A stretch of 39,488 nucleotides of DNA from Chiloscyllium plagiosum (GCF_004010195.1 NC_057720.1:35622066-35661553), one strand, 5' to 3'. Shown: positions 1 through 12,660, counted from the stretch's first letter. Numbers and translations: made by a program. Notes: generated from the sequence alone by a model not told the origin.

Positions 1-276
1 CCTGAAGCTCTTCAACCATGACCCCACCCTCTTCCCTGACCTATCACCTTCATCCCCTCTCCCACTCACCTACTGTACTCCATGCTACTTTCTCCCCACC
101 CCCACCCTCCTCTAGCTTATCTCTCCACGCTTCAGGCTCTGCCTTTATTCCTGATGAAGGGCTTTTGCCCGAAACGTCGCTTTTGCTGCTCCTCGGATGC
201 TGCCTGAACTGCTGTGCTCTTCCAGCACCACTAATCCAAAATCTGGTTTCCAGCATCTGCAGTCATTTTTTTTACC
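1..276 (+). mobile_element. Penelope-like element pLTR/3' end (family A variant), truncated by window start
   Basis: C/T-rich tract, hammerhead-like core at 151-178, then the tail (ggatgctgcctgaactgctgtgctcttccagcaccactaatcc...ccagcatctgcagtc) also present at 21226-21326. Confidence 0.75.
147..182 (+). ncRNA. Minimal hammerhead ribozyme motif (family A)
   Basis: ctgatga (151-157), a, gggc-tttt-gccc stem II (159-170), gaaa (171-174), cgtc. ACGU palindrome replaces helix III; predicted GUC cleavage after 178. Stem I pairing is poor in this copy. Confidence 0.65.
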
Positions 277-1275
277 TACATAATAAAGCAGTTAAAAGAA
301 GGCTGTTCAAGTCCCAAATTGTTATGAACGTCAGATTAATTAGATTGTCCATATTTTTCTTGCAGATATGATGTCATTGCATGTAGTGTTTATCGGGTCT
401 TAATTATATGCATTAATTTTGTCATATTTTATGTATAGATGTTTCAATCCCATAGTTCATTTTGTATTACAGTGGTATTGTGATATCCTTACATAAGAGC
501 AAATTGTGTTATGAAAAATTGCTGACATTCCAACACATTCTCACACGCTATTGTCCTCATTTTCAGTCCTGAGGCTCAGTGATAGTTATAGAATAGCAGA
601 TCAGGCTTGAAATTAACACTGGTCTGCTAGGTCGAGACCAACATGCTTGACAATTGGTGAGTGTGATTGGCCCATTTATTCAATGCCTATTCCAATGCTA
701 GTACAAACTCAGATCATTTTATGCAAGGGTTTGCATAACAAACTACCTTCAGCAGCTCTTCGTGTGTTACAATCAATGCCCTTTCTAGTTCCCAATACAT
801 TGGTGTATCAGTAGTTATGGCTTTTGCCAACTGCTAATCCTGTTGTTGATTGGCACCACGAACTAAACTTTCACTGAGGAGGGAAGCAAGTCATATCACC
901 ACAACCTCTTATTTGTAAAAACGTCTGTGAAAATAGATCATCTGCCTTTGTTTACCTATATTTAAGCAGTGTGTAGTCAACAGGGGGATTAGTTTGGAAG
1001 AATTATTTTTTGGATTTCTCAACAATGGGAAGATGTATTAATGTTATTCAAAATAGTGATTCATTTAAGATGCTTCAGCAGTCATGCCACCTGAGCTCAG
1101 ATTATTCATGTTGTTAAGCTCAGCAGGTCTTTCCATCAGTTACCTTTAATGACATCCACAATGTTAAAATATTGGCATAAACATTTTCTCAAAAGTAGCA
1201 CAAATAACCATTTTCTGTGAATATTAGATTATGTTTTAACAAATTGTGTAAAGTTCACTTCTCTTTTCAGCTTTT

Positions 1276-1563
1276 GATTAGATTCCTTACCGTGTGGAAA
1301 CAGGACCTTTAGCCCAACCAGTCCACACCGACCCTGCGAAGAGTACCCCACCCAGACCCATTTCCCTCTGACAAATATACCTAACACTACGGGCAATTTA
1401 GCATGGCCAATTCACCTGACCTGCACACCTTTGGACTGTGGGAGGAAACCGGAGCACCTGGAGGAAACCCATGCAGATATGGGGAGAATGTGCAAACGCC
1501 ACACAGAACCTGGCACCCTGGTGCTGTGAGGCAGCAGTGCTAACCACTGAGCCACTGTGCTGC
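1276..1563 (-). mobile_element. HE1-type shark SINE with internal deletion
   Basis: Reverse complement begins with tRNA-like head (gcacagtggctcagtggttagcactgctgcctcacagc) and ends in CR1-type tail plus (tctaa)n; matches the other copies in the window. Confidence 0.9.
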
Positions 1564-2959
1564 ATCGATTTAAGATGATAACCTGGACTGGGCGTTCTAG
1601 CTGCTTCTGTTACCATACCCAAGACTTCATGATTCCTATGCAAAATGAGACAGATTTCTTTGATTATTAAACCATATAGGACATCATATCTAAGCCGAAT
1701 CCAACACCAACCATTGGCATGTTTTCTAATAATGGACAATAAAAATGAGCAGTGTAAATTTTGGTTAATCTTATCCATGTTTAGATTGGGCATTGAACAA
1801 CATTATAACTTGCCTGTCAATTTTGCAGGTGAGATTAACTAATTCAGAAGAGGCCGAAATCAAGATCCAAGAAGTTTCAGGATATTTGGCATTTTTCTAT
1901 AATAAGTAAAGTAGTTACAAACTAATAGTTCACAGGAGACTTGGCTTCACTAAAATTGCAAATGTAAAATAAATCACATATGAAATAACCCATTCTTACA
2001 GAATAAATCCACAATCTTAAAATTGTTTTGTAATACTATATAGAATATGTTTTAGTCAAAACTGATGAATTCAGTAGAAAGTTTTTCATTTCCTACTGTT
2101 GAACTTTAATGAACTTGTTTCTAGGTTTGTTTGAGAATCCCAGGCAGACATTTTTTCAGTTAACAAAATCTCAGGGTCAATAAAGTGCTTTCCTCCTTTT
2201 AAAAATATATTTACTTTTAATTTCTTTGCATCAGTCATGAGCTTATCTAACTTTGCTGATGTTCACTGAAGGAGTTGCAGTACATGTTGTGACTCTTGAC
2301 AATTCTTCCAATTTGCTCCGTTTGGTGAAAAGCCGAGAAGCGATTGATATTTCTTCCTTTAAATTATTGAACCCCCGACTTCTCTTACACTCTCGGAGGA
2401 CCTTCTCTGATGCGGAGTGTAACAGCCATTGACTGCTGATGCTAAAAATGTGAAGTGGAAATTGATCAACCTTCTCATATTTAACATGGTTACTGAATAA
2501 TATTTTTACATCTGTTTCTAACAATTTTTTTTCCCGGGCTTGGCTCATTGATTTGCTTACTGAAAATGGAGGAAGCAGTAACACGTTACTTGCTCTCTCA
2601 GGATGAGATACGTTCCATTAAATTGATCAATACACAAAACACAAAACCCTGAGTGTCGACAAAACTAAATAAATAAGGATGGTCAAGAGAAAAGAAATTA
2701 GATTTATGCCAAAGAATCCCTGACAAAACACATCTAACTGTTTCACCTTTACAGGCTATGTTTACATGCTTTATAGGAAGAGGTGAAGATTGTGGCAGAG
2801 GGCATGGTGCAGTCATGAGGGCTGAATACTTTCTTGTCAGTTCTAAAGATAAATCTTTGGAGTGCAATGACTGAATAAATAATAGTAAGAAGTGTTTAAC
2901 CTGAACTAATACAGTGTCAAATTTAGATAGGCTATATGTCAGAATTGTTGCACTTCCCA

Positions 2960-3185
2960 ATTCTCAACTGTTGTTTTGAACCTCCCTTTCTCGATCATCC
3001 AAAGACACCTCAAACATATCCAACAATGGTTGCTGTCTCTGCCCACTAGGCCATGGATCCTCACAAGGGATTCTTGGATCTCCCCTGTTCTTCACCTACA
3101 TTTGCAAAAGTGGGTCATCATCCATCATGAGTAATGACAACCTGACCCTGCCTGTCTCTATCCTTTAGTTTCTCTTTTACCTAGT
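2960..3185 (+). mobile_element. Decayed L2-type LINE RT fragment (piece 1)
   Basis: ggatcctcacaagggattcttggatctcccctgttcttcacctac reads as a decayed G.PQG.ILGP.LF..Y RT motif; collinear with pieces at 4805, 5935 and 6386. Confidence 0.45.
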
Positions 3186-3188
3186 CTT

Positions 3189-4800
3189 GGAACATAGGAA
3201 CAGAAGTAGGCCTCATTCCATCACTCTAGATCATGGCTGATTATTTACTTCACCACCATTTTCCCATGCTAACTCCATGTCCTTTGAAGTCACAAGTTAC
3301 TAGAAATCCATCAGGAATCTCAGGAAGGGTCACTTGACCTGAAATGTTAATTCTGATTTCTCTTTACAGATGCTGCCAGACTTGCTGAGCTTTTCCAGAA
3401 ATTTCTGTTTTGGTCGTGTTTGAAATCCATCAGTCTCTCTCTTGAACTTAATTAGTTGAGCTTCCACCCTCTGGCAGAGAGAATTTTGAAGCTTCACCAT
3501 CTTCTGAGTGAAGAGGTTCCTCCACATCTCAGTCGTTAAACACTTGCCTTTTATTCTGAGATAATGGTCCCTCGTTCTAGATTCCTTGGGCAGGGAAAAC
3601 ATCCCTTCTGTTTCCGTCCAGTCTATTTCTTTAAAAATTTTATAAGCTTCTGAGCAATCACCTCTCATTCTTCTAAACTCCAGAATTGAAGTATTTGTAC
3701 TATATACACCATCTGGGATCCCCCACCATCTGAGGGATCAGTCTAATGAATGTCTATTGCACTCCTGTTCAGCAAGACTAACTATCCGTTCATAAAAGAG
3801 CTAGAACTGTGCAAATACCCAAGATGTGCTGTTGCCTTTTGAAGCAAAACGTCTTTGCTCCTGCCTCTCATTCTTTTGGCATAAGGGCTAATATACCATT
3901 TACCTCCCAAACTGCTTGCTGCATCTACGTGTTAGCTTTCAGTGACTTTTAGATATCAGCACTTTTAAATGGTAAGTGATTGAAGAAATACTCTATCTCC
4001 ATGCTTCCTATTAAAGTGAATATCCCTCCTATTATGTTCCAGCTGCCATGCTCTTGTCCACTCAACCCATCTGTCTAAATTTCCCAAAGCCACCTTGCCT
4101 CCTCTTCACAACTCTCATTCTAACCACATTTTGTCTCATCCACGAGCATGGAAAATATTACAATTCAGTCCAAAGTCAAATCATTGATATTTATCATAAA
4201 CTTTTGCACTCCAAACACTGACCCTTGCAGTACTTCTTGAACATAACCTGCCAACCTGAGCATTACCCATTTCTTTCTAATCCTTGTTTGCTGTCTATTA
4301 ACCAAATCTTCAATTCTTGATATGATATTACTCCAATCTGAGTACTTTAGTTTTGATGGGCAACCTCCTGCATTGTCTTTTATTAACATCTTCTGAACAT
4401 TCAGATATATCACATTCATTAGTTTCCCTAATTGACTCTGCTAGTAACATAAAAAAAAAACTCCAACAGGTTTGAATGACTTCTCTGTCAAAAATCCATG
4501 TTGCCTCTGGAAATCAAACACTTACTTTCAAAAGGGTGCGTCATCACATTCTTGTAATAGATTCTAGAATGTTCCCTACTACTGCCATAAGGCTAACAGG
4601 TCTGTAATTTCCTGATTTCTGTCTCTCCTCTTCCTGAAACAGTGGATTACATTTGTAGACTTCCAACCTGTAGATTCTGTTGCAGAATTAACTGAAATTT
4701 GAAAGATGATCACTAATGGATCCACCATCTCTGTGGTCACCTTGTTTAGTACTTTAAAATGAAGGTGACCAGGTCCTAGCAATTTGTGAACTTTTAGTTG
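3189..4800 (-). mobile_element. Old CR1-type LINE, 3' part, frameshifted
   Basis: Minus-strand remnants: KESRTRDHYLRIKGK..TEMWRNLFTQKMVKLQNSL (CR1 ORF2 C-terminus), VLQGSVFG..FMININDL (RT), GPGHLHFKVLNKVTTEMVDPLVIIFQIS. Confidence 0.85.
3315..3421 (+). mobile_element. Short pLTR-type insert (family C) with decayed hammerhead, inside CR1
   Basis: Exact 12-bp direct repeat gaaatccatcag at 3303-3314 and 3422-3433; contains ctcaggaa-gggtc-actt-gacct-gaaatgtt and a gatgctgccagacttgctgag tail. Confidence 0.75.
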
Positions 4801-4804
4801 CATC

Positions 4805-4930
4805 AGTTTACAATTGAATCCAGCTCAACATCAGGAGGACTAAAGCCATTCTTAATGGCCCCAATCAAAAGCACGGAAATAGACACTTTGTCAAATTCGT
4901 CTGCACTGACTGGACTTCTCAATCTGATCA
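4805..4930 (+). mobile_element. Decayed L2-type LINE fragment (piece 2)
   Basis: cagctcaacatcaggaggactaaagccattc translates to QLNIRRTKAI, resembling the L.LN..KTE.I motif that follows the LINE RT core. Confidence 0.4.
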
Positions 4931-5933
4931 AGTCCCAGCCTTTGGCCTATATCCCTCTAAACTCTTCCTATTCATATATCCATCCAGATGCCTTTTAACA
5001 TTATAATTGTACCAGCCTCCACCACATCGTCTGGCAGCTTGTTCCATACACGCACCCTCTCCATGAAAAAGTTACCCCTCAGGTCTTTTAAATTTTTCCC
5101 CTCTTACCTGAAACCTATGTCCTCTAGTTTTGGACTTGCCCACCCTGGGAAAAAGACCTTGGGTTTTCACCCTATCCATGCCCCTCCTGAGTTTATAAAC
5201 TTCCAAAAGGTCACCCCTCAGTCTCAAAACACTCCAGGGGGAGAAAGAAAATCCCAGCCTAATCAGCCTTTCCCTATAGCTTATGTCCTCCAGTCCTAGC
5301 AACATCCTTGTAAATCTTTCTTACACCCTCACAAGTTTAACAATATCCTTTCTCATAGAAGGGTGACCAGAATTGCAAGCAGTATTCCAAAAGTGGCTTC
5401 ACTAATTTTCTGTACAGCCACAACCTGACATCCCAACTCCAATACTCAGTGTTATGACCAGTGAAAGCAAGCATGCCAAGCACCTTTTTCACCACCCTGT
5501 TTACCTGCGACTCCAAGGAACTATACATCTGCACCTTGAGGTTTCTGTGTTTGGCAATACTCCCCAGGGGAGAAAGTGAGGTCTGCAGATGCTGGAGATC
5601 AGAGCTGAAAATGTGTTGCTGGAAAAGCGCAGCAGGTCAGGCAGCATCCAGGGAACAGGAGAATCGACGTTTCGGGCATAAGCCCTTCCTGAAGAAGGGC
5701 TTATGCCTGAAACGTCGATTCTCCTGTTCCCTGGATGCTGCCTGACCTGCTGCGCTTTTCCAGCAACACATTTTCAGCTCAATACTCCCCAGGGCCCTAC
5801 CATAAGTCCTGTTCTAACTTGCCTTACAAAAATGCAACATCTCACGTTTATTTAAATTGAATTCCATCTGACACTCATCAGCCCATTGACCCATCCAATC
5901 AAGGTCCCATTGTACTCTGAGATAATCTTCTTC
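4931..5933 (-). mobile_element. Younger CR1/HER1-type LINE 3' fragment
   Basis: ORF-track peptides LYRKLVKPLLEYCLQFWSPFY and RLRGDLLEVYKLRRGMDRVKTQGLFPRVGKSKTRGHRFQVRGEKFK; similar to the CR1 copy at 23234. Confidence 0.9.
5570..5779. mobile_element. Palindromic hammerhead-bearing pLTR insert (family A)
   Basis: Inverted arms centred near 5690; 15-bp TSD caatactccccaggg at 5555-5569 and 5780-5794; + core ctgaaga-a-gggc-ttat-gcct-gaaacgtc at 5689-5716. Confidence 0.9.
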
Positions 5934-5934
5934 T

Positions 5935-6800
5935 AGACCACCTATTTTTAACTAAAGTGCTTGTTTGCAACCTCATCAATAGAGTTGGCTCCTATCCTCT
6001 CCATCAACTATGGAATAGATAATTTATTTTCAAATCAATAACATAACTCGCCTTTACCTGTGACTTTTTTTAAAAAAAGAATAGAATAATTACAGTGTAG
6101 AATCAGGCCCTTCAGCCCAATAAGTCCACACCAACCCTCCAAAGACTATCCCATCCAGACCCATTCCCCTGAATGATACACCTAGCCTACATATCCTTGG
6201 ACAATATTGGTCAATTTAGCATGGCCAATTCACCTAACCTGCACATCCTTGAATTGTGGGAGGAAACTCACACAGGCGCAGGGAGAATTTGCAAACTCCA
6301 CACAGACAGTCACCCGAGGCTGGAATTGAACCTGCATCCTTGGTGCTGTGAGGCAGAAGTGCTAACCACTGAGCCATCATGCCCCTTTGTCCGGCTTCTG
6401 GTGAACATTTCTCTTATTGACACCTATTCCAATTCTCTGCAAGTTAGGTTCACGTCCAATATCCAAACTACTTTATCTTGTTCTGCACCAAATCCTGCTG
6501 ACAGATAATTTGAATCTATGTTGGGTCTAGGGCTCCTGATTTGAAATGATCATCTACTTGTTTATATCCCTTTGTAAACTTGACTAGTCCCACAAACTTA
6601 TTGTGAAACTTTTCATTTCTCTAAACATGGTCTTGTGCCTCTCTCAGGTCCATTATTTGAAGCTTTCAATTACCTTAGCTCTCAGTCTGGAATTTCTTTG
6701 AACTCCCTCACCTCCTCTATAAAATGAAGCTCTCGACAGCTAGGTCTTATACTGCCATATTATCAGGGTTCAAAGTAATATTTTTGTGTGAAAATATTCT
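5935..6800 (+). mobile_element. Decayed L2-type LINE 3' pieces, interrupted by an HE1 SINE
   Basis: Weak residual similarity to L2 ORF2 C-terminal motifs (V.NL..., N.ITRL.., IQ....L) and pyrimidine-rich 3' region; boundaries approximate. Confidence 0.35.
6078..6385 (-). mobile_element. HE1-type SINE
   Basis: Full-length similarity to 8955-9272, including A-box (tggctcagtgg) and B-box (ggttcaattcc) on the minus strand. Confidence 0.9.
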
Positions 6801-7530
6801 TAAAATTTTCTCAAAGGCTACTATTTCATTTTCAGAGGATAATTTCTGTTTTTAGGGCATCCTTTTTTATTCTCATTAATGCATTCAGTGGGTGATGCAG
6901 TCACATAGCCACAATGTCAATGCACTTTTGTTGACATATAGGATAATCGGGTGTGCACAGAATCAGAATTAGAAGAGTTCATCAAATATCTTTCATAATT
7001 ATCAAATCTCCATTTAATAAAGCTACAACACACAAGGAAAGCACAAATTTACTGCACACCACAGTATCGAAATTGGTACAACTCAACAAGCGTAAGTTAA
7101 CAAATAAAGGTTTTCTTTCAAAATAACTCATGCACACATGTATGCACGAAAAATCTATAATCCTAAGCAGACACTTTACAGTCTGGTGAGATCACAGCCA
7201 ATGCATTTGTATCACATATACACAAACCGAAACATTTTAATCAAGCAGCCACTCCCTTTTTTGCTGCATCTCAAATTTAAATTTTTCAATGAACATCAAA
7301 AATTACAATAGCATTCAATACCTTGGTGATTGCAAGGTTTCTTGGTTCCTAGTCAGTTAAATATTTCTTTCTGTACAGATTTAAAACTGTTCTCTATTTT
7401 TCCTTTCTTTTGCAACATCCCTTTGCCCTCCTCCATCTCTCAGCCTCCTCCTGCTGCCATCTTACAGTTCCCCCCGTCTTCGTCCTATCTTGAGGCCTTT
7501 CTCTCCTCCATTTAGCTATATACAGGAATA

Positions 7531-7878
7531 CAGTAGCACCTCGACTTACGAACTTAATCCGTTCCCCGACCCGGTTCGCGAACTGAATCAATTTTTTCCA
7601 TTGTTTGGATAGCGTAAGAAAGCTTGGACGGCTGTTCACAGCGCACGTGCCAAAGACGAACTGAATGAGATCACGCAGGGCCTGAGAGCTTTTGCGTTCA
7701 ACAAGCACGTAGCAAAGCAGAACAATGAAACCATGTGGTCACACACAGGCTTTTTGCTTTCGTACCTTGATTCGTACCTTGAATTTCGTACGTACGTTGA
7801 AGCAAAATTTTACATACAATCCTATTCGTAAACCGATTTGTATGTGAACGGGGTCGTTCGTATGTCGAGGCACTAATG
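7531..7878. mobile_element. Tc1/mariner-superfamily (Tigger/pogo-like) MITE
   Basis: TA at 7529-7530 and 7879-7880; left end cagtagcacctcgacttacgaac versus reverse complement of right end cattagtgcctcgacatacgaac; no transposase ORF. Confidence 0.85.
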
Positions 7879-8505
7879 TATTGTCAAATAATTGAGACAG
7901 CTAAGCATCTAATGGGAGAGAAATAGATTTGATTCCTCAAAGTTCTTCAGATCCTACATGTTTCAATTTTGAAGTAGATTTGCAGTCAAGAGATTATCCA
8001 AGGTGGCAGATGTAATAATTCACATATTTATGATACAGTGTACTATCATCTAGACCTCATTGTAAATACTTGTGTTGTAATCCTGTATAGTTATCTGATG
8101 CATGCAGAAATGCATGTCATTTTCCAAATAAATTAAATGGTTGTATTTTCGCTTTCTGTAATACCTGATGCTTTAGTTTGAAGATAATATTGGCCAGCAT
8201 ACAAATGTTAAACACCTGGAAATAAAAACAAGAATAGTGCCTATTCTTATTAGTTAATTGAATTAAGCAGCAAATTTATACTGAACACATGTATGTATGG
8301 TAATAGATGGCAGGCCATAAGTTGAAAGGCAATAATTCAAATTAGTGAGGCTGTGGCTGTTCAAAAAATACTTGCATTTGACTTTTGTGGTTTTGGAATG
8401 TCAGCGAAACCAAGAGACTAAAATCAATCCATTAATATATTGTACCTTGGATATTCTAGTCTGAAGTCAGAGTTGAAATTGTAATGTGAATTTTTACTGT
8501 TTCTT

Positions 8506-8583
8506 TGCTATTCATTCAAGGGATGTGGGTGTTAGTAACAAGGTGAGGATTTTTGCTCAACACTGTTTGCCCTTGAGAATGGT
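8506..8583 (-). mobile_element. Decayed LINE/SINE 3' tail fragment
   Basis: Reverse complement (ctcaagggcaa...cacatcccttgaatgaatag) resembles the tail at 10643-10690. Confidence 0.4.
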
Positions 8584-8779
8584 TGCAAAGGTATAGTGAT
8601 ATAGTTCAAAGTCAAGAGCATGCAGGAAGCTGAGTTCTTCACCTGCACTACTTCATTTGTCTTCAAGGAGGTAAATATTTGGAAGGTGCAATTAAAACTT
8701 GAAGTCATGCAATAGTTGACAATCATATGGGCCATTACGTATTTGAAAAAAAAAGAAATGGGATAAGACCACACAATGA

Positions 8780-9480
8780 GGCACACAAAGAAAGTATTCA
8801 GAAAAGGAAGTCAAACATATTAAGAAAAAGAGAGTGGCATAAGTATTTAAGAACCCTTTAAATGCTGATGCAAGTGAGGTGACAAAGAGTAACAAGAAGA
8901 TAGCAGAATTGATTAGTTTTCTATCCATTTTCACAGTGAAGGAAAAGGCAAAATATTAGATTAGATTACATTACAGTGTGGAAACAGGCCCTTCGGCCCA
9001 ACAAGTCCACACCGACCCGCCGAAGCGAAACCCACCCATACCCCTACATTTACCCCTTACCTAACACTACGGGCAATTTAGCATGGCCAATTCACCTGAC
9101 CCTGCACATCTTTTGGAATGTGGGAGGAAACCGGAGCACCCGGAGGAAACCCACGCAGACACGGGGAGAACGTGCAAACTCCACACAGTCAGTCGCCTGA
9201 GGCGGGAATTGAACCCGGGTCTCAGGCGCTGTGAGGCAGCAGTGCTAACCACTGTGCCACCGTGCCGCCCACAAAGGCGGCAAAGAAATTAAAAATAAGT
9301 CAAGGGATAACCAGATTTAAAGGAAAAAAATGGACAATCCCAGAATCAAATGTTTTCTATTGAGATGTCTTAAAAATCATAGAGATGAGGAAATTACAGA
9401 TGTGCTAATCATAATTGTCGATAATGTTGTAGATTTAGAAAAGCAGCTAACTAAACACTTGTCACTTTTTGAGGGAAGGT
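8780..9480 (+). mobile_element. Highly decayed CR1 fragment hosting an HE1 SINE
   Basis: gcagaattgattagttttctatccattttcacagtgaag (AE.L...F.SIFT.E-like) and gaggaaattacagatgtgctaatcataatt (EEI.D.L.II-like) on either side of the SINE. Confidence 0.4.
8955..9272 (-). mobile_element. HE1-type SINE, young full-length copy
   Basis: Minus strand: gtgggcggcacggtggcacagtggttagcactgctgcctcacagcgcctgagacccgggttcaattcccgcc (pol III A and B boxes), CpGs intact, ends (tctaa)n. Confidence 0.95.
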
Positions 9481-10484
9481 GGTGAAATCTGAATGTGAAG
9501 ATGAATGAAAGGGAGACCTATTGTTGGGTAGTAAGTACTGACTCTACTGTTTTAAAAATTGATGTTTTGATGGCAGCCACTTGTTAAGCTGCATCTATGC
9601 CATTAAACTCTCAGTAAACCATGTCTGCTATTCATTCCCAATTTCTCAGATGGCATCAAGCAGACATTGGGTCCCTCACTGACACATGTAGAGGCCCTAG
9701 TGCCTTTTTAAGCAGGTGCAAGGGATGTCAGAATGGTAGGGGAAAGCAACTTGATATTAGTGCTTTTGTCTCCCATTAGACAATTCATTCTGTGATTGGG
9801 ATCCTGGTCTGCAGACTGTTGGCATCTGACATTTGATGCCAATTCCAAGAAGGTGGACAGTTGGAGCACTCACTGTCCAATTAAAAATGGCTGATGGGTT
9901 CCTGATAATGCAAGCTATTTGCAGCCTCCCCCTCCCCTACCAAATCCCACACACAGCCCCAAACATCTAAAAGTCGACAGCTCCTCCATTAGAGCTGATA
10001 TTTGCTGAGTAAGGCAATGGAAGTGTGCCCCAAATGGAAATATGCTCTGTATAACTTTAAGATGATGTAATTAAAAAGTGACCACAGCAATCAGACATCA
10101 TTGTGGAGTTACTTATCATCTGGAGAGTGACTTAATAATTCCTTCAATTGGCTTAAATAGCTACTTGCGCTTGCTGACAAATGGCTTTACTGGAGTAGCC
10201 TGTGCCAAAAAGGCATGATGATGAGAGGATGTGGCATATCAACATGATGGCCAGTGAAGGGAAATTACCAACCTACCTGCCTCAGATCCGGCTTGAGCAA
10301 CCAATGAAAATTCAACACTTGTACCCATGGACAGATGAGACAGCAATGATGAATTTGCCTGCTAAGTGAATCAATAAATTTAAAGCCAGAAAAGTTACTT
10401 TAGGCACTTCTCAGAAGTAGAAATAAAATTGAGTTTTGAGTGAAATTTGGGAGAGATTAAGCTATATTACCAATGACTTTGTAA

Positions 10485-10690
10485 AAAGAGTAGTTGTGTT
10501 TGATGGAGGTCATTCATCTCACCTACAAGACATCATTGCAGGAATTCCTGGGTCAGAATCTTGGAACTCATTCTCAACAGCATTATGGGTATACCGACAT
10601 CTAATGCACTGGAACGGTTAAAGAAGACAGCATGCTACACACTCTCAAGGGCAGTTAGTGATGTGTTGTAAATCGTGGTCCAGCCAGCCC
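10485..10690 (+). mobile_element. Decayed LINE: RT fragment joined to 3' tail
   Basis: Translation RVVVFDGGHSSHLQDIIAGIPG resembles the region leading into the GVPQGS RT motif; tail shared with 8506-8583. Confidence 0.5.
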
Positions 10691-12344
10691 ATTGCCTGAG
10701 TGAATAAGAAAAGGTCTATAAAACACTTGATACTTAGAAGATATTGAGAAAAGAATTCCAGAGTGGAAAAAGAAATGGGCAGGATTAGTTTGGTGGGCAT
10801 GGAAGATGGAAGGAAACTGTGGTGTCACAGAATATTTGGTGTCTGCTTGGTGGTGATTAAGTCCATTTTCTCCTCCCATTTGTTGGAGGTGACAATAGAA
10901 TGGTCAGACAGTTAGTAGTAAAGCAAATGCATCTAGCATTATCTTGATGTTAGCAATGTTATGGAAGATATGCTGATATAATTACTTGCATACCTTTTAG
11001 TCTTGCTGAAAATACGTATCTTGGTGTATTGCACAGCCACATTTTTCCACATCTCGAAAAGGAGCATTGCACATTGTACCTTTTCGGCTTCATATTATGG
11101 TTTCACATTATCCAGTGAATATTATTCTTTTTTGCCCTTGTAGTTCGAAGAAAACCCAGAGATTTTGCTATCAAATACAGATGTAAATCTTTCTGAAGTA
11201 TATTCTTCATAATTGGATACATTTTCTGGCAAACAGCCTATTTAATTACAAAGAACTAACATTACCTTTTCTTTTAAAAGTCTTTAAAAGTGTTAGAGAC
11301 TAATATTAAGGACAATATCAATGGGCCCATGTTCTTTTTGGAATTGTCCAATAAAATGGCCTGACAAAATGACTATTTTAGTTGCCGTTTGAGAAACATA
11401 TAATTATTTTTCTTGTTTGATGATATGGATGTTCGAATAACATTGAGGAAGCAGAGTCTGGAATTTAGATGTTTTTGAGCAGAATTTGGCTGCAGACTCC
11501 AACGTCTGTTACACACATGGCTGTCTCAACACGGCAGGTGGCTCAGTACAAATGCTTCCTAGACTGGGCACTCCTAACTTGGCTTCTGTCTCTGAGGATC
11601 TAACATAGATTTAACCCTCTAGGGTCCCCTCCTTCCCCTGGTTCATTCATTAATGCAGCAGCAACACTAGGCATTTTAGCAACATCTGGTTAGTCTAACA
11701 CCAGCACTCATGTGGTAGTTTTAGGTCTAAAAGCACATGACAAAAGGCAAAATTGACACCACTGAGCTTTTTTTTGTGAAAAAGCTTGAAGCCAATTATA
11801 AATATAAATGATCAAAAGGCTACCCAATTAAGCATTATTTTCCTTTTAAAGTTACTTTTCAGTATTTTAAACTTGCACTTTTTCACACAGAATTAATTAT
11901 GGTTAGTATTAAACACAATTAAAAGCAAACTTCAGTTTGAAAGGGAATTATAGAAATGTTATGTTCCCCCCTCCTTTAGTTCAGCTAACAATCACATTTA
12001 CAGAACTTCTTTTGGCAGTCCCATCTAAGGGATTCTGAACTGAATTAAGTAAGATTTTTTGAATGGCTGTCCTCAACAAAAGAGTGGTTTTAATTTGGTA
12101 CAAAGCAGGTACTAAATGTAGAGCTGCAGTCTAGAAGCTGGATAAGGTAAACAGCAATGTTAACTGATGCAGTTGAAGATGCTTTCCTGAAATGAAGGAT
12201 GCTGATATGTATCAAATGTATGATATTTATAATTCAACAATGGTTGATGGTTACACTGTATACCAAAATTGGAAAACTGTTCAGTTTTTCCATATTGATA
12301 TTTTACTTTGGCAAGCAAAAATAAAGATTTAAAAGCACTGATCA

Positions 12345-12660
12345 GACACCAGGATTATTGAAGGATGTTGGTAGAGTGAATGGGAATAAACTATATTTTC
12401 TGGTTGTGCTGTTAGTCAGAGATAATAAATTTAAAATTCAGGCTAAAAGAATGAGGTGAGAGATTTAAGTAAATCTTTTACATATAGGATTGTTGAAATT
12501 CAGAATGCTTTGTCATATCGAAGGACCACTGCATACTTTCAGGGAAATTTAGTTCATTAGTCAGTGGAAAAAAAATGTTACGGAGGAAGCAAATAAATTG
12601 AATAATGTTGTGGTTGGAAAGAACCATAGAGGGCTGAGTGACCTCCATTTATGCTGTTCA
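12345..12660 (+). mobile_element. Decayed CR1 3' end
   Basis: ggtagagtgaatgggaataaactatattttctgg...aaatttaaaattcagg...ttttacatataggattgttgaaattcagaatgctttg mirrors CR1 DRV...LFP...FTQRVV..WN.L; ends gggctgagtgacctcc. Confidence 0.55.

Noticed and set aside
18..371. 117-aa ORF and the recurring MCCWKSAAGQAAS / MLPDLLRFSS peptides at 5461, 13262, 13412, 14740, 21143, 32024 and 39152
   Set aside because: Translations of the non-coding pLTR repeat; frames and stops differ between copies.
9180..9272. tRNA-like sequence with A and B boxes (also in other copies)
   Set aside because: Head of the HE1 SINE, continuing into the SINE body; not a tRNA gene.
9500..10320. Possible old interspersed repeat, and similar segments near 13000-13200 and 19000-20020
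   Set aside because: Too decayed to assign family or boundaries by eye.
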